DNA of 51,347 nucleotides from an uncultured Bacteroidales bacterium (GCA_937911935.1 CALDQH010000070.1:1-51347); one strand, 5' to 3'. Numbered from the stretch's first letter, positions 35,454-47,898 are shown. Notes: generated by a model not told the origin, from the letters alone. Translations and numbers: made by a program.

Positions 35454-36539
35454 TTATCTGATTTTAGTTTTTAATTGTAACCCCATGTGAAAGAGTACAA
35501 TTTTACCATTCCCATTTTGCTCGATATCGTTGTAAGCCTTGGAAAAGGTATCTATGATAAATTCAATGTTTTCTACGGTTAAAAAACGAGCAAATTTTGG
35601 TGCAAAATCTTGCTCATGTACATCCAAATAATTTAAGTCAGTTTGCCCTAATTGAGAGATAAAGCATTCTCTTGTAAGATGTTGTGCATAATTGAGAAAG
35701 TTTTTTATTTCTTCTCTGCCTCGTTCGTTCAAAGCCTCTGCCCATTGTTTTAAATCCAAAACGCCATGTGGGCGTACAACTGCTAGCATTAAATTTCGGT
35801 ACCACTCAAAAAAATCCTGGTTATTGCCCGATTGTTGTTGGATTTGTATGGCTTTTGTGTAATTCCCGTTGGCGATTCTTGCCACGGAAGCACCTACTGC
35901 TGTGACCATGTCGTTATAAGAAATGGCTGGAATGTGAATCATTTGTGTGCGTGACGTAATGGTACTCAATAGTAACTCAGGCGATTCACTTACCAAAATG
36001 AAATAGGTTTTTTCGGGTGGTTCTTCCAACAACTTGAGCAGCTTATTGGCGCAAACAGCATTCATTTTTTCGGGAAGCCAAATGATCATGACTTTCACTT
36101 CGCTTTGAAAGCCTTTGTAACTTAGTTTGCGGATAATCTCCTCACTTTCCTTGGCGTAAATCAAACCCTGTTTGCCGTCTCCAATGTGATTTATCCATTG
36201 TTGATACGAAAAATAGGGTGATGCAAGTACCATCTCGCGCCATTCTTCCATAAAATCATCGCAAATGGGTTCTGTGCTGTTTTTTACAATTGGAAAAACA
36301 AAATGCAAATCAGGATGAATTAACTTTTGGATCTGCTTGCACGACAAGCACTCTGCGCAGGCGTCTTCTTGTTGTTTATTAGCGCAAAGTAGGTATTGTG
36401 CCAATGCAATGGCTAATCCTAATTTGCCAGAGCCCTCATTTCCCCACAGAAGCATAGCATGCGGCAACCTATTCTCTTTTACCAAAGAGATTAGCCGTTT
36501 CTTGATTTCATTTTGTCCGATAATGTTCCGAAAAAGCAT
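35454..36539 (-). CDS. holB: DNA polymerase III subunit delta'
   Basis: AAA+ clamp-loader N-domain HAMLLWGNEGSGKLGLAIALAQYLLC with zinc module CAECLSCKQ. The start was trimmed to the ATG at 36539. Confidence 0.82.
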   Translation of the reverse strand: MLFRNIIGQNEIKKRLISLVKENRLPHAMLLWGNEGSGKLGLAIALAQYLLCANKQQEDACAECLSCKQIQKLIHPDLHFVFPIVKNSTEPICDDFMEEWREMVLASPYFSYQQWINHIGDGKQGLIYAKESEEIIRKLSYKGFQSEVKVMIIWLPEKMNAVCANKLLKLLEEPPEKTYFILVSESPELLLSTITSRTQMIHIPAISYNDMVTAVGASVARIANGNYTKAIQIQQQSGNNQDFFEWYRNLMLAVVRPHGVLDLKQWAEALNERGREEIKNFLNYAQHLTRECFISQLGQTDLNYLDVHEQDFAPKFARFLTVENIEFIIDTFSKAYNDIEQNGNGKIVLFHMGLQLKTKIR

Positions 36540-36718
36540 ACTACGCGAAATATCTACAAAGATAATGTAACCGATTGTTATGTGCAAGGCGTGCGCTATC
36601 AAAATTTGTCAAATACAACGAACGATATGAATAATAGTTTTTTTTCGATTTATCAAAAAAATGATAAGAAAGATGATAAAAAAATGAGAGAGAAAGAATA
36701 TTTTTTTGTCAAATAAAC

Positions 36719-36726
36719 TATATTTG
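36719..36726 (+). promoter_or_regulatory. Candidate -7 box (TATATTTG) for nagB
   Basis: Matches TAnnTTTG, 29 nt upstream of the ATG at 36756. No correctly spaced -33 TTTG. Confidence 0.35.
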
Positions 36727-36755
36727 CTCCGTAAAATTTACTAATCAATAGCATT

Positions 36756-37550
36756 ATGAGACTTATTATTCAGCCCGATTACGAAAACATGTCTAAATGG
36801 GCAGCCAAGTATGTGGCACAAAAGATCAATGCTGCTTGTCCAACCCCTCAAAAACCATTTGTGTTGGGATTGCCAACAGGCTCATCTCCATTGGGTATGT
36901 ATCGTGAATTGATAAAATTAAATCAACAGAATATCGTATCGTTTGCTCATGTTATTACCTTTAACATGGACGAATACGTAAATTTGCCCAAGGAACACCC
37001 AGAAAGTTATCATTCATTTATGTGGAATAACTTTTTTAATCACATCGATATTAATCCACAAAATGTACATATCTTAAACGGAAATGCGCCCGACTTAGAG
37101 GCAGAATGTGCTCAATATGAGGCAGCCATCTTGCAAGCTGGTGGTATCGATTTATTTTTAGGAGGAATTGGTCCAGATGGACACATTGCATTTAACGAGC
37201 CAGGTTCTTCTTTGTCATCGCGCACCCGTGTTAAGACATTAACAACCGATACCATTATTGCTAATTCACGTTTCTTTGATAACGACGTAAATAAAGTTCC
37301 CAAAACAGCTTTGACAGTAGGGGTTGGCACGGTGATGGATGCAAAAGAGGTTTTGATTTTAGTAAATGGTCATAACAAAGCACGTGCTTTGGCAGCGGCA
37401 GTAGAGGGTAGCGTAAACCATATGTGGACCATCAGCGCTTTGCAGATGCACCCCAAAGGTATTATCGTTTGCGACGAAGCCGCAACTCTTGAATTAAAAG
37501 TAGGAACCTATAAATATTTCTTGGATATCGAGAAAGATAATTTAAAGTAA
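36756..37550 (+). CDS. nagB: Glucosamine-6-phosphate deaminase
   Basis: [10 protein letters not shown] start and [18 protein letters not shown] active-site region. 264 aa. Confidence 0.93.
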   Translation: MRLIIQPDYENMSKWAAKYVAQKINAACPTPQKPFVLGLPTGSSPLGMYRELIKLNQQNIVSFAHVITFNMDEYVNLPKEHPESYHSFMWNNFFNHIDINPQNVHILNGNAPDLEAECAQYEAAILQAGGIDLFLGGIGPDGHIAFNEPGSSLSSRTRVKTLTTDTIIANSRFFDNDVNKVPKTALTVGVGTVMDAKEVLILVNGHNKARALAAAVEGSVNHMWTISALQMHPKGIIVCDEAATLELKVGTYKYFLDIEKDNLK

Positions 37551-37568
37551 TCAATAGTTCTAAAAGTT

Positions 37569-37594
37569 AAGGGGCTGACTTAAGTCAGCCCCTT
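37569..37594. terminator. Bidirectional intrinsic terminator between convergent nagB and ssb
   Basis: Perfect palindrome aaggggctgactt/aagtcagcccctt (GC-rich stem), followed by GTTTATTTG on the plus strand and a T-rich run on the minus strand. Confidence 0.75.
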
Positions 37595-37630
37595 GTTTAT
37601 TTGTAAACTACTGTTCTTATTGGTAAAAAA

Positions 37631-38071
37631 TTAAAAGGGAAGTCCGTCATCCGAGCCTTCGGCTGCAAATGGATCTTCGTTTTGTGGGGCAGCAGCTTTT
37701 GCTGCAGACGAAGGAGCAGGAGCCCCTGGTGTGCTATCGGCTCTGCGACCCAATAATTGCATGTCGTTAGCAATAATTTCTGTTGTGTAATGTTTTACAC
37801 CATCTTTTTCCCAACTGCGGGTTTGCAATTCTCCCTCAATATATAGTTGAGTTCCTTTTCTAACGTATTGTTCGGCAACTTTTGCCAAACCGCGCCAAAT
37901 AACAATGTTGTGCCATTCAGTTTTTTCAGGCACTTCTTTTCCATCTTGAGTTTTGTATCCTCTTTTGGTTGTTGCCAATGTAAAAGAAGCAACGGGAACA
38001 TTGTCTGAGATATAGCGTACTTCAGGATCACGTCCTACATTTCCAATTAAAATAACTTTGTTTAGTGACAT
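37631..38071 (-). CDS. ssb: Single-stranded DNA-binding protein
   Basis: OB fold NKVILIGNVGRDPEVRY...TEWHNIVIW, a Gly/Pro/Ala linker, and the acidic tip DDGLPF. Confidence 0.93.
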   Translation of the reverse strand: MSLNKVILIGNVGRDPEVRYISDNVPVASFTLATTKRGYKTQDGKEVPEKTEWHNIVIWRGLAKVAEQYVRKGTQLYIEGELQTRSWEKDGVKHYTTEIIANDMQLLGRRADSTPGAPAPSSAAKAAAPQNEDPFAAEGSDDGLPF

Positions 38072-38130
38072 AATGTTTAGTGTTTAATGTTGAAAAAATT
38101 AAGATTAAGACAGAGCTTACAAATAGTGTT

Positions 38131-38157
38131 TATCACTATAAGTGATAGGCAAAAGTA
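38131..38157 (-). promoter_or_regulatory. ssb promoter -7 box (TACTTTTG, 38150-38157) immediately followed by a 17-bp palindrome (38131-38147)
   Basis: The minus strand reads TACTTTTG-cc-TATCACTtatAGTGATA. The palindrome has 7-bp arms and a 3-nt centre and sits where transcription should start. Confidence 0.45.
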
Positions 38158-38207
38158 GTAAAATTATTGTATAATTCAACAGGATATACGAATTTTTATT
38201 GCATATT

Positions 38208-38215
38208 TACTTTTG
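38208..38215 (+). promoter_or_regulatory. Candidate -7 box (TACTTTTG) for mltF
   Basis: Matches TAnnTTTG, 66 nt upstream of the ATG at 38282. Confidence 0.3.
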
Positions 38216-38281
38216 TTAAAATATGCGTGACATGGGTAATCTTACTTAAAAATAACTATATTTACCCAATAAAATATTTCT

Positions 38282-39658
38282 ATGACTCAGAAATTATCCT
38301 TTTTAGGGTTACTGCTTTTGTGTGTATGGATTATTTCATGTACTCCCGATAACCGTGCAGATAACTCAAATTCGCACGATTTACAAGAAATATTACAAGA
38401 CGATACCCTACGTGTTATAACCATGTACGGACCTACTACTTATTTTATGTATCGTGATAATGAAATGGGGTATGAGTACGAGATAGCCAAGCAATTATGT
38501 CGAGATATGGGAGTCGAACTAAAACTAATCCTTGCTCCGACACAACAAACTATGATTGAATGGTTGCAATCGGGAATAGGAGATGTTATTGCTTATAGAG
38601 TCCCATACACCCATCAATATAAAAAGAAACTTAGCTATACCAAGCGCGAGTATATTAGTAATCAGGTATTGGTTCAATGTTATTCGGATACGATGCTAAA
38701 AACGGTGCTGGATTTGGTAGGGCATACCATTGTTGTCCCTCATAAAAGCATTTTTCAACAACGTCTTAACGACTTAAACGACGAAGTTGGTGGCGGTATC
38801 GAAGTTGAAACTGTCGATGATTCTATATCTTCCGATCAATTGATTGCACAGGTTGCCTATCATCAAATCCCTTTTACAATATCAGACGATGTCTCGGCAA
38901 GACTCAATAAAACATATTTTGGCAATTTAGATTACAGCCTTGCCATTAGTTTTCCCCAACGATATGCTTGGGTGGTATCAAAGAAATCTCCCCACTTATT
39001 GGAATATATCAACAATTGGGTAGCAGAACTCAATAACAGACCGGCTGTCTCTTTGATTTATCGTAAATATTTTGAGAAAAGTAAATATTTCGAGTCGGAA
39101 GGTTTAGCACGCATACCCGTTCCCGGTCGTATATCTCCTTTTGATCCCATCTTTAAGCAAGCAGCTAAAAAAATAGGTTGGGATTGGCGTTTGTTGGCAG
39201 CCATTGCTTACAAGGAGTCTAAGTTTAACAGTGATGTCGTCTCTTGGGCGGGTGCTTGCGGATTGATGCAATTGATGCCTAATACGGCTCTTTCGTTAGG
39301 ATTGCCACAAGAAGAAATCTTTAACCCTCAAAAAAATGTAGAGGCTGCCGTTGCCTATCTTCGCTCCTTAGAAAAAATATTTATCGGTATAGACGATGCA
39401 GAAGAAAGGGTAAAATTCGAATTGGCAGCGTATAATGCAGGTCCAGGGCATGTTTTTGATGCGCGAGCATTGGCAAGTAAATACCAAAAAGACCCTAATA
39501 AATGGGAGTATGTGAGAGAATATCTGTTAAAAAAGACAGAACCAGAATATTATTCAGATCAAGTGTGTCGATTTGGTTATTGTCGTGGCAGAGAACCCGT
39601 TACTTATGTCGATGTTATTATGAGTAAGTACGCGGATTATAAACTGTGGGCAAGGTAA
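38282..39658 (+). CDS. mltF: Membrane-bound lytic murein transglycosylase F-like lipoprotein (SBP domain + SLT domain)
   Basis: Lipobox WIISC, a family-3 solute-binding-like N-domain, and the SLT catalytic region AYKESKFNSDVVSWAGACGLMQLMPNTA. Confidence 0.85.
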   Translation: MTQKLSFLGLLLLCVWIISCTPDNRADNSNSHDLQEILQDDTLRVITMYGPTTYFMYRDNEMGYEYEIAKQLCRDMGVELKLILAPTQQTMIEWLQSGIGDVIAYRVPYTHQYKKKLSYTKREYISNQVLVQCYSDTMLKTVLDLVGHTIVVPHKSIFQQRLNDLNDEVGGGIEVETVDDSISSDQLIAQVAYHQIPFTISDDVSARLNKTYFGNLDYSLAISFPQRYAWVVSKKSPHLLEYINNWVAELNNRPAVSLIYRKYFEKSKYFESEGLARIPVPGRISPFDPIFKQAAKKIGWDWRLLAAIAYKESKFNSDVVSWAGACGLMQLMPNTALSLGLPQEEIFNPQKNVEAAVAYLRSLEKIFIGIDDAEERVKFELAAYNAGPGHVFDARALASKYQKDPNKWEYVREYLLKKTEPEYYSDQVCRFGYCRGREPVTYVDVIMSKYADYKLWAR

Positions 39659-39740
39659 AAGCCCATCTTGTCGCGTTATCCTAACGTGTGCTGTCGATTT
39701 TTGCGACATATTCCCTTCCCACTCCATTATCAGTAAATAG

Positions 39741-39776
39741 AAAGGGGCTGACTAATTCTTTTAGCCAGCCCCTTTT
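39741..39776. terminator. Bidirectional intrinsic terminator between convergent mltF and rpoC
   Basis: aaaggggctg(ac)...(gc)cagcccctttt has a GC-rich stem flanked by an A-run and a T-run, so either transcript ends in a U-run. Confidence 0.7.
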
Positions 39777-39795
39777 CGTATGGTTCAATCAATGA

Positions 39796-42700
39796 TTATT
39801 CATTGATGCTTTCACCTTCTTTACTAGCGATATTAACGTCAATTACGTTGCGTTTAGCTTCCATAATTTTTTCGTATTCTTCGCGTGAAGCAACGACAAT
39901 CTTTTCGAATTCGGCTTGACCAGTACCTGCAGGAATCAAGTGACCGCAGATAACGTTTTCTTTCATGCCTTCCAATTTATCTACCTTGCCGTTGATAGCA
40001 GCATCGTTCAATACTTTTGTGGTTTCTTGGAACGAAGCAGCCGACATAAAGCTGGTAGTTTGCAATGCAGCACGTGTGATACCTTGCAAAATTTGGCTCG
40101 AAGTTGCAGGAACAGCATCACGTGTTTCAACAGGACGTAAGTCTTTGCGTTTCAATGCACTGTTTTCATCACGAAGTTTGCGTGCTGTAATAATCATACC
40201 ACGTTGGAAAATTTGTGAGTCACCTGCATCAGTAACCACTTTTTTGCCCCAAATTTGGTCATTTTCAGCCATGAAGGCTTGTTTGTCCACAATTTGTTTT
40301 TCCAAGAAACGTGTATCACCTGGGTCGTCAATTTCAACTTTACGCATCATTTGACGTACAATAACCTCAAAGTGTTTATCGTTGATTTTTACACCTTGCG
40401 AACGATATACATCTTGCACCTCGTTAACGATATATTCTTGTACTGCGGTAGGACCTTTGATCGCCAAAATATCCGATGGGGTAATTGCACCGTCTGATAA
40501 TGCACCACCAGCACGTACAAAGTCGTTTTCTTGTACCAAAATTTGTTTTGATAGAGGTACTAAATAGCGTCTTTCTTCGCCCGATTTAGAAGTAATGATA
40601 ATTTCACGTTGACCACGTTTAATTTTACCAAAGCTAACTTCACCATCAATTTCTGATACAATAGCAGGGTTAGATGGGTTACGTGCTTCGAATAGTTCAG
40701 TAACACGAGGAAGACCACCCGTGATGTCACCTGCTTTGCTTACAGCGCGAGGTATCTTGAATAGGGTTTGACCTACTTCGATAGCAGCACCTTCGTCCAA
40801 CGATACGTGTGCACCCACAGGAAGAGCATAGTTGCGAACAACATTTCCTTCGGCATCCAATACTTGAGCAGAAGGAACTTTGTTCTTGTCTCTCGACTCG
40901 ATGATGATTTTTTCCTTCAAACCAGTTTGTTCGTCCGATTCGGTTTTATAGGTGACGTTTTCAATTAAGCTTTCAAATTGAATTTTACCAGTTACCTCAG
41001 AAATAACAACCGCATTAAATGGATCCCATTCGCAGATTACATCACCTTTTTTCAATTTAGAACCCGATTTTAGGAACAAGGTAGATGCGTATGGGATATT
41101 TTGTTGGGTTAATACTACTTTGGTATTAGGTTCAACGATACGCATTTCAGTCAAACGGCTTACAACAATTTCTTTGCCGTCTGCGGCTGTTACGGTGCGT
41201 AATTCGTCTATTTCAAGTACACCTTCGTAACGTGAGATTAACTTATTCTCGGTAGCAACGTTTGATGCAACACCACCCACGTGGAAAGTACGAAGCGTAA
41301 GCTGAGTACCGGGCTCACCGATAGATTGTGCAGCAATAACACCCACAGCTTCTCCTTTATGTACCATTCTGCCAGTGGCCAAGTTGCGACCATAACATTT
41401 AGCACAAACACCTTTTTTCGATTCGCAAGTTAATACCGAACGAATTTCCACCTGTTCGATAGGTGATTCTTGGATGATGCGAGCAGCATCTTCTGTAATC
41501 TCTTCGCCAGCACCCACAATTACTTTATTGGTAATAGGATGGATTACATCGTGTACAGAAACACGGCCCAAGATGCGTTCTTCCAAGGTAGAAATAACAT
41601 CTTCGTTGTTTTTAAGTTCGGTTGCAATCAAACCACGCAAAGTGCCGCAGTCTTCTTCTTGAATAATCACATCGTGCGATACGTCCACCAAACGACGGGT
41701 CAAGTAACCAGCGTCCGCTGTTTTCAAAGCGGTATCCGCCAAACCTTTACGAGCACCGTGGGTAGAAATAAAGTATTCCAACACCGAAAGACCTTCTTTA
41801 AAGTTCGATAAAATGGGGTTTTCAATAATTTGACCACCTTCCGAACCTGCTTTCTGAGGTTTAGCCATCAAACCACGCATACCGCATAACTGGCTAATCT
41901 GTGTTTCAGAACCACGAGCACCCGAGTGCAACATCATGTAAACAGAGTTAAAGCCTTGTTCGTCTTCTTGCAATTGTTTAATCAAGATGCGCGATAGGTT
42001 GTTGTTAACGTGTGTCCAAGTATCAATAATTTGGTTGTAACGTTCGTTGTAAGTAATAAGACCCATGTTATAGTTCATCATGATGTCTTCTACTTTTTGG
42101 TAACCTTCTGCAACCAAACTTTCTTTTTCAGCAGGAATAATTACGTTTTCAAGGTTAAACGACAAGCAACCTTTGAATGCCATGTAGTAACCCAAGTTCT
42201 TGATATCGTCCAAGAAATCGGCTGTACGAGCCACACCGCATACGTTAATTACTTTGCTAATGATGTTACGCAACGATTTTTTGGTAATCAATTCGTTGAT
42301 GTATCCTACTTCGTTAGGAACGCATTCGTTTACCAATACACGACCTACGGTAGTTTCAATCAATTTGGTAACAACCAAACTGTTTTCAACGTCTTTGGTT
42401 TTAACCGTAATTTTAGCGTTCAACGATACTTTACGTTCGTTGTATGCGATGGTTACTTCTTCGGGAGAATAGAATTTTAAACCTTCACCCAAAGCTCCTG
42501 GACGTTCTTTGGTCATGTAGTACAAGCCCAAAATCATGTCTTGAGAAGGTACCGTAATAGGCGCACCGTTAGCAGGGTTCAAGATGTTGTGCGAAGCCAA
42601 CATCAAGATTTGTGCTTCCAATACAGCTTCGTTACCTAATGGCAAGTGTACCGCCATTTGGTCACCGTCAAAGTCCGCGTTGAACGCAGTACATGCAAGT

Positions 42701-44085
42701 GGGTGAAGTTGAATTGCTTTACCTTCAATCATTTTGGGTTGGAATGCTTGGATACCCAAACGGTGCAAGGTTGGAGCACGGTTAAGCAATACTGGGTGTC
42801 CTTTCATTACATGTTCCAAAATATCCCAAACAATGGGGTCTTTGCGGAAATCCACCATTTTTTTGGCAGCTTTCACAGTTTTAACCGTACCACGTTCAAT
42901 CAACTTGCGGATAACAAAAGGTTTGTATAGCTCAATTGCCATATCCTTTGGAAGACCACATTCGTGCATGCGAAGTTCAGGACCAACAACGATAACCGAA
43001 CGAGCAGAGTAGTCAACACGTTTACCCAATAAGTTTTGACGGAAACGACCTTGTTTACCTTTCAAACTGTCCGATAGAGATTTAAGTGGACGGTTTGCAT
43101 CAGCTTTAACTGCGGTCGATTTACGAGTATTGTCAAATAGAGAGTCAACAGCTTCTTGTAACATACGTTTTTCGTTACGTAAGATTACATCAGGAGCTTT
43201 AATCTCAATTAATTTTTTTAGACGGTTGTTACGAATAATAACGCGACGATACAAATCGTTCAAATCGGAGGTAGCAAAACGACCACCATCCAATGGAACC
43301 AAAGGACGCAATTCGGGTGGAATGACAGGAACTACGTTCACAATCATCCATTCGGGTTTGTTGCGATTTTTCGAAGCGCGGAACGATTCAATAACTTGAA
43401 GACGTTTCAACGCTTCTGTTTTGCGTTGTTGAGCAGAATCGCTATTGGCTTTGTCGCGTAGTTCGTACGATAGGCTATCCAAATCCAAACGCATCAACAT
43501 ATCTTGGATTGCTTCTGCACCCATTTTTGCGATAAATTTATTGGGGTCTGTATCTTCCAATAAATAGTTTTCGCGGGGTAGAGAATCCATGATGTCCAAG
43601 TATTCTTCTTCTGTTAGCAAGTCGCCAGCAGCCAAGTCGGTTCTAATACCTGGTTGAATAATGATATAACGTTCGTAATAGATAATAGAATCCAATTTCT
43701 TGGTGGGCAATCCCAACAAGTAACCTATTTTATTAGGTAGCGAACGGAAATACCAAATGTGTGCAACAGGAACAACTAGTTTGATGTGTCCCATGCGTTC
43801 ACGACGTACCTTTTTCTCCGTTACTTCAACACCGCAACGGTCGCAAGTAATGCCTTTGTAACGAATGCTTCTGTATTTGCCGCAGTGACATTCGTAGTCT
43901 TTGGTAGGACCAAAGATACGTTCACAGAACAAACCATCGCGTTCGGGTTTATAGGTACGATAGTTAATGGTTTCCGGTTTTAGCACTTCACCACTTGATT
44001 GCTCCAAAATTTCTTCGGGAGAAGCCAAGCTAATGGTAATCTTGCTAAAATTATTTTTTTGTTTATTATCAGTTCTAAATGCCAT
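39796..44085 (-). CDS. rpoC: DNA-directed RNA polymerase subunit beta'
   Basis: 1429 aa with the catalytic [14 protein letters not shown] motif and the zinc-binding N-terminus CHCGKY...CDRCG. Confidence 0.98.
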   Translation of the reverse strand: MAFRTDNKQKNNFSKITISLASPEEILEQSSGEVLKPETINYRTYKPERDGLFCERIFGPTKDYECHCGKYRSIRYKGITCDRCGVEVTEKKVRRERMGHIKLVVPVAHIWYFRSLPNKIGYLLGLPTKKLDSIIYYERYIIIQPGIRTDLAAGDLLTEEEYLDIMDSLPRENYLLEDTDPNKFIAKMGAEAIQDMLMRLDLDSLSYELRDKANSDSAQQRKTEALKRLQVIESFRASKNRNKPEWMIVNVVPVIPPELRPLVPLDGGRFATSDLNDLYRRVIIRNNRLKKLIEIKAPDVILRNEKRMLQEAVDSLFDNTRKSTAVKADANRPLKSLSDSLKGKQGRFRQNLLGKRVDYSARSVIVVGPELRMHECGLPKDMAIELYKPFVIRKLIERGTVKTVKAAKKMVDFRKDPIVWDILEHVMKGHPVLLNRAPTLHRLGIQAFQPKMIEGKAIQLHPLACTAFNADFDGDQMAVHLPLGNEAVLEAQILMLASHNILNPANGAPITVPSQDMILGLYYMTKERPGALGEGLKFYSPEEVTIAYNERKVSLNAKITVKTKDVENSLVVTKLIETTVGRVLVNECVPNEVGYINELITKKSLRNIISKVINVCGVARTADFLDDIKNLGYYMAFKGCLSFNLENVIIPAEKESLVAEGYQKVEDIMMNYNMGLITYNERYNQIIDTWTHVNNNLSRILIKQLQEDEQGFNSVYMMLHSGARGSETQISQLCGMRGLMAKPQKAGSEGGQIIENPILSNFKEGLSVLEYFISTHGARKGLADTALKTADAGYLTRRLVDVSHDVIIQEEDCGTLRGLIATELKNNEDVISTLEERILGRVSVHDVIHPITNKVIVGAGEEITEDAARIIQESPIEQVEIRSVLTCESKKGVCAKCYGRNLATGRMVHKGEAVGVIAAQSIGEPGTQLTLRTFHVGGVASNVATENKLISRYEGVLEIDELRTVTAADGKEIVVSRLTEMRIVEPNTKVVLTQQNIPYASTLFLKSGSKLKKGDVICEWDPFNAVVISEVTGKIQFESLIENVTYKTESDEQTGLKEKIIIESRDKNKVPSAQVLDAEGNVVRNYALPVGAHVSLDEGAAIEVGQTLFKIPRAVSKAGDITGGLPRVTELFEARNPSNPAIVSEIDGEVSFGKIKRGQREIIITSKSGEERRYLVPLSKQILVQENDFVRAGGALSDGAITPSDILAIKGPTAVQEYIVNEVQDVYRSQGVKINDKHFEVIVRQMMRKVEIDDPGDTRFLEKQIVDKQAFMAENDQIWGKKVVTDAGDSQIFQRGMIITARKLRDENSALKRKDLRPVETRDAVPATSSQILQGITRAALQTTSFMSAASFQETTKVLNDAAINGKVDKLEGMKENVICGHLIPAGTGQAEFEKIVVASREEYEKIMEAKRNVIDVNIASKEGESINE

Positions 44086-44097
44086 AATTCCTGTCTT

Positions 44098-47000
44098 TTA
44101 CTCTAAGTTGATGCTAAGAACTAAACCACGTAATTCGTGTAATAATACATTCAAAGATTCGGGGATGCCTGGTTGTGGCATAGGTTCGCCTTTTACAAGT
44201 GCTTCGTATGCTTTTGCACGTCCCATCACGTCGTCAGACTTAATGGTTAGAATTTCTTGCAAAATGTGCGATGCACCAAATGCTTCCAATGCCCAAACCT
44301 CCATCTCACCAAAACGTTGACCACCAAAGTTGGCTTTACCACCCAATGGTTGTTGTGTAATAAGTGAGTAAGGTCCAATAGAACGAGCGTGCATCTTATC
44401 TTCTACCATGTGACCTAATTTCAACATGTAGATAACACCTACGGTTGCAGGTTGGTCAAAGCGTTCTCCTGTACCACCATCGTATAAGTAGGTTTTACCA
44501 TAACGAGGAATACCGGCTTTGTCTGTCCATTGATTTAGGTCATCCAAGGTTGCACCGTCAAAAATAGGAGTAGCAAATTTAACGCCCAATTCTTTGCCTG
44601 CCCAACCAAGTACGGTTTCAAAGATTTGTCCCAAGTTCATACGAGAGGGCACACCCAATGGGTTCAATACGATATCAACAGGAGTACCATCTGCCAAGAA
44701 TGGCATATCTTCTTGACGAACAATACGTGATACAATACCCTTGTTACCGTGACGACCTGCCATCTTATCACCTACGCGGATTTTACGTTTTTTAGCCACG
44801 TAAACCTTAGCCAATTGGATGATGCCAGAAGGCAATTCATCCCCAATAGATAGGTTATAGCGTTTACGTTGCAATTGAGCAAACATTTCTTTGTATTTGC
44901 GCAAGTAATTCATGATAACATCACGAATCAAGTCGTTTTTATGAGCATCGGTAGTCCATTTGCTTGCTTGAACAGTGGCGTAGTCGATTTCTGCTAATTG
45001 TTTTTGGCTAAATTTGTTGCCTTTGGCAATTAAATCAGCACCTAAGAAATCTTTAACACCTTGCGATGTCTTGCCGTTGGTAAGTTCCATCAATTTGTTT
45101 ACCAAAACAGCTTTTAGTTTTGCTGCTTCTTCTTCAAATTGAGCATCCATGGCTTGCATTTGAACTTTTTCCTCGTTCTTTTCTTTCTTGGTTTTTTGAG
45201 CTTTCGAGAACAAACGTTTACCAATAACAACGCCACGAAGTGATGGGTTCGCTTTCAACGAAGCATCTTTTACATCACCTGCTTTATCACCAAAGATAGC
45301 ACGAAGCAATTTTTCTTCGGGAGTAGGATCCGATTCACCTTTAGGAGTGATTTTACCGATAAGGATGTCGCCAGGTTCAATAAGTGCACCCACGCGAACA
45401 ATACCATTTTCGTCCAAATCTTTGGTAGCTTCTTCGTTAACGTTAGGAATATCTGCGGTTAACTCTTCCATACCACGTTTGGTTTCGCGAACTTCCAAGG
45501 TGTATTCGTCAACGTGTACCGAGGTCAATAAGTCTTCGCGTACAACACGTTCGTTAATAACAATAGCATCCTCGTAGTTGTAACCTTTCCAAGGCATGAA
45601 GGCCACTTTCAAGTTCTTACCGATAGCTAATTCACCATTTTGAGTCGAGTAACCTTCTGTCAAGATTTGACCTTTGGTAACACGATCACCTTTGCGTACA
45701 ATTGGACGTAGGTCAATGGTGGTACTTTGGTTGGTCTTTTGGAACTTAGGTAAGTGGTATTCTTTTACGGCGTCATCAAAGCGAACAAATAGTTCTTCTT
45801 CGGTGTAGTCGTAGCGAATTTTAATTACGGTAGCATCTACGTATTCAATGACACCATCACGTTCTGCTGTAATTTGAGTACGTGAGTCGTGTACCAATTG
45901 ACGTTCGATACCTGTTCCTACGATAGGTGATTCTGTGCGTAGCAATGGAACTGCTTGGCGCATCATGTTCGAACCCATCAACGCACGGTTAGCATCGTCG
46001 TGTTCCAAGAATGGAATCAAAGCCGCAGCAATCGAAGCGATTTGTTGAGGAGCAACGTCCATCAACTCAACTTCTTCGGGAGCAACAACAGGGAAATCAC
46101 TGTCTTGACGAGCTTTTACACGTGTTCTGATAAAGGTGCCATCGTCGTTAAGTGGAGCATTACCTTGTGCAATGATTTTGTTTTCTTCTTCTTCTGCGGT
46201 TAGGTAAACTACTTCTTCGCCTTTTAAATTAACAGTTTTGTTTTCAACCTTACGATAGGGAGTTTCGATGAAACCTAAATCGTTGATTTTTGCAAATACG
46301 CACAAAGACGAAATAAGACCGATGTTTGGACCTTCAGGAGTTTCGATAGGACACAAACGACCGTAGTGAGTATAGTGAACGTCACGAACTTCGAAACCAG
46401 CTCTATCACGTGATAGACCACCAGGGCCAAGGGCAGACAAACGACGTTTGTGGGTAATTTCTGCCAATGGGTTGGTTTGGTCCATAAATTGCGATAACGC
46501 ATTGGTACCAAAGAACGAATTGATTACCGACGAAATGGTTTTTGCGTTAATCAAATCGATAGGAGTAAATACCTCGTTGTCACGAACATTCATTCTTTCG
46601 CGAATGGTGCGTGCCATACGAGCCAAACCTACACCAAATTGACCGTATAATTGTTCGCCTACGGTACGTACACGACGGTTGCTCAAGTGGTCAATATCGT
46701 CCACATCAGCTTTCGAATTGATAAGTTCGATCAAATATTTGATGATCTCAATTATGTCTTCGCGTGTCAATACCTTGATTTCGGGCGAAATGTCTAAGTT
46801 TAATTTGCGGTTGATGCGGTAGCGACCTACATCACCCAAATCGTAACGTTTTTCCGAGAAGAACAAGCTGTTGATTACTTCGCGTGCGTTAGCATCGTCA
46901 GAAGGTTCTGCGTTGCGCAATTGGCGATAAATGTAATAAATAGCTTCTTTTTCGGAGTTACACGTATCTTTTTGTAAGGTGTTGTATATAATCGAGTAAT

Positions 47001-47898
47001 CCGACATGTTTGCATCTTCGCGGTGCAACAAAATGGTCGGAGTATTGGTCTCTAAAATACGTTCGATGTGTTCGTTTTCCAAGATGGTTTCACGATCCAC
47101 AACAACTTCGTGACGTTCGATAGATACAACTTCACCTGTATCTTCGTCAGCAAAGTCTTCTACCCATGTTTTTAGTACACGAGCAGCAATTTTACGACCA
47201 ACAGCTTTCTTTAAATTGGCTTTGTTTACTTTAACTTCTTCTGCTAAGTTAAAGATTTCAAGGATTTCTTTGTCGCTTTCAAAACCGATAGCACGCAACA
47301 AGGTTGTTACGGGCAACTTCTTCTTACGGTCAATGTAAGCATACATGATATTACTGATATCCGTAGTAAACTCAATCCACGAACCACGGAAAGGGATTAT
47401 ACGGGCAGAATACAATTTTGTACCGTTGGTGTGCATGCTTTGTCCGAAGAACACACCTGGCGAACGGTGTAGTTGAGATACAACAACACGTTCTGCGCCG
47501 TTGATAACAAATGTACCTTTGTCGGTCATATAAGGGATAGGACCTAAGTACACGTCTTGGATAACGGTAGCAAAATCTTCGTGTTCGTCATCGGTACACG
47601 ACAATTTTAATTTTGCTTTTAAAGGTACACTATAGGTTAGGCCTCTGTCGATACATTCTTCGATGGTATAACGAGGAGGATCTATGTAGTAATCTAAAAA
47701 CTCAAGATTAAAATTGTTGCGAGTATCTGTGATAGGAAAGTTTTCGGCAAAAACCTTGTACAATCCTTCATTTTTACGTTTTTCCGGGGGTGTGTCAAGT
47801 TGGAAAAAGTCCCTGAAAGATTTTAATTGAACCTCAAGGAAATCCGGATATTCCAACGGATTTTTTATGGAGGAGAAATTTATTCTTTGGTTACTCAT
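44098..47898 (-). CDS. rpoB: DNA-directed RNA polymerase subunit beta
   Basis: 1266 aa with conserved blocks including [15 protein letters not shown] and [18 protein letters not shown]. Confidence 0.98.
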   Translation of the reverse strand: MSNQRINFSSIKNPLEYPDFLEVQLKSFRDFFQLDTPPEKRKNEGLYKVFAENFPITDTRNNFNLEFLDYYIDPPRYTIEECIDRGLTYSVPLKAKLKLSCTDDEHEDFATVIQDVYLGPIPYMTDKGTFVINGAERVVVSQLHRSPGVFFGQSMHTNGTKLYSARIIPFRGSWIEFTTDISNIMYAYIDRKKKLPVTTLLRAIGFESDKEILEIFNLAEEVKVNKANLKKAVGRKIAARVLKTWVEDFADEDTGEVVSIERHEVVVDRETILENEHIERILETNTPTILLHREDANMSDYSIIYNTLQKDTCNSEKEAIYYIYRQLRNAEPSDDANAREVINSLFFSEKRYDLGDVGRYRINRKLNLDISPEIKVLTREDIIEIIKYLIELINSKADVDDIDHLSNRRVRTVGEQLYGQFGVGLARMARTIRERMNVRDNEVFTPIDLINAKTISSVINSFFGTNALSQFMDQTNPLAEITHKRRLSALGPGGLSRDRAGFEVRDVHYTHYGRLCPIETPEGPNIGLISSLCVFAKINDLGFIETPYRKVENKTVNLKGEEVVYLTAEEEENKIIAQGNAPLNDDGTFIRTRVKARQDSDFPVVAPEEVELMDVAPQQIASIAAALIPFLEHDDANRALMGSNMMRQAVPLLRTESPIVGTGIERQLVHDSRTQITAERDGVIEYVDATVIKIRYDYTEEELFVRFDDAVKEYHLPKFQKTNQSTTIDLRPIVRKGDRVTKGQILTEGYSTQNGELAIGKNLKVAFMPWKGYNYEDAIVINERVVREDLLTSVHVDEYTLEVRETKRGMEELTADIPNVNEEATKDLDENGIVRVGALIEPGDILIGKITPKGESDPTPEEKLLRAIFGDKAGDVKDASLKANPSLRGVVIGKRLFSKAQKTKKEKNEEKVQMQAMDAQFEEEAAKLKAVLVNKLMELTNGKTSQGVKDFLGADLIAKGNKFSQKQLAEIDYATVQASKWTTDAHKNDLIRDVIMNYLRKYKEMFAQLQRKRYNLSIGDELPSGIIQLAKVYVAKKRKIRVGDKMAGRHGNKGIVSRIVRQEDMPFLADGTPVDIVLNPLGVPSRMNLGQIFETVLGWAGKELGVKFATPIFDGATLDDLNQWTDKAGIPRYGKTYLYDGGTGERFDQPATVGVIYMLKLGHMVEDKMHARSIGPYSLITQQPLGGKANFGGQRFGEMEVWALEAFGASHILQEILTIKSDDVMGRAKAYEALVKGEPMPQPGIPESLNVLLHELRGLVLSINLE

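Noticed and set aside
36513-36716. 67-aa Lys/Asp-rich ORF crossing the holB start and the holB-nagB intergenic region
   Set aside because: It is the translation of an A-rich promoter region, overlaps the holB N-terminus on the other strand, and is low complexity.
37569-39776. Shared AAGGGGCTGACT core in the nagB/ssb and mltF/rpoC terminators (a related GGGGCTGAT occurs in the aroQ terminator at 23042), possibly a REP-like repeat family
   Set aside because: Identity is only about 12 nt. A rough estimate gives tens of chance 12-mer matches between positions in a 51-kb window on two strands. The loops and flanks differ. A genome-wide count of the motif at gene ends would be needed to revive the idea.
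39916-43983. Many long plus-strand ORFs inside rpoC (for example 42010-42480 at 156 aa, 41470-41811, 39965-40354), and similar ones inside rpoB
   Set aside because: They are antisense shadow ORFs of a highly expressed, codon-biased gene. They have low-complexity F/V/N/T-rich translations, no recognisable motifs and no promoters. The rpoC and rpoB frames are unambiguous.
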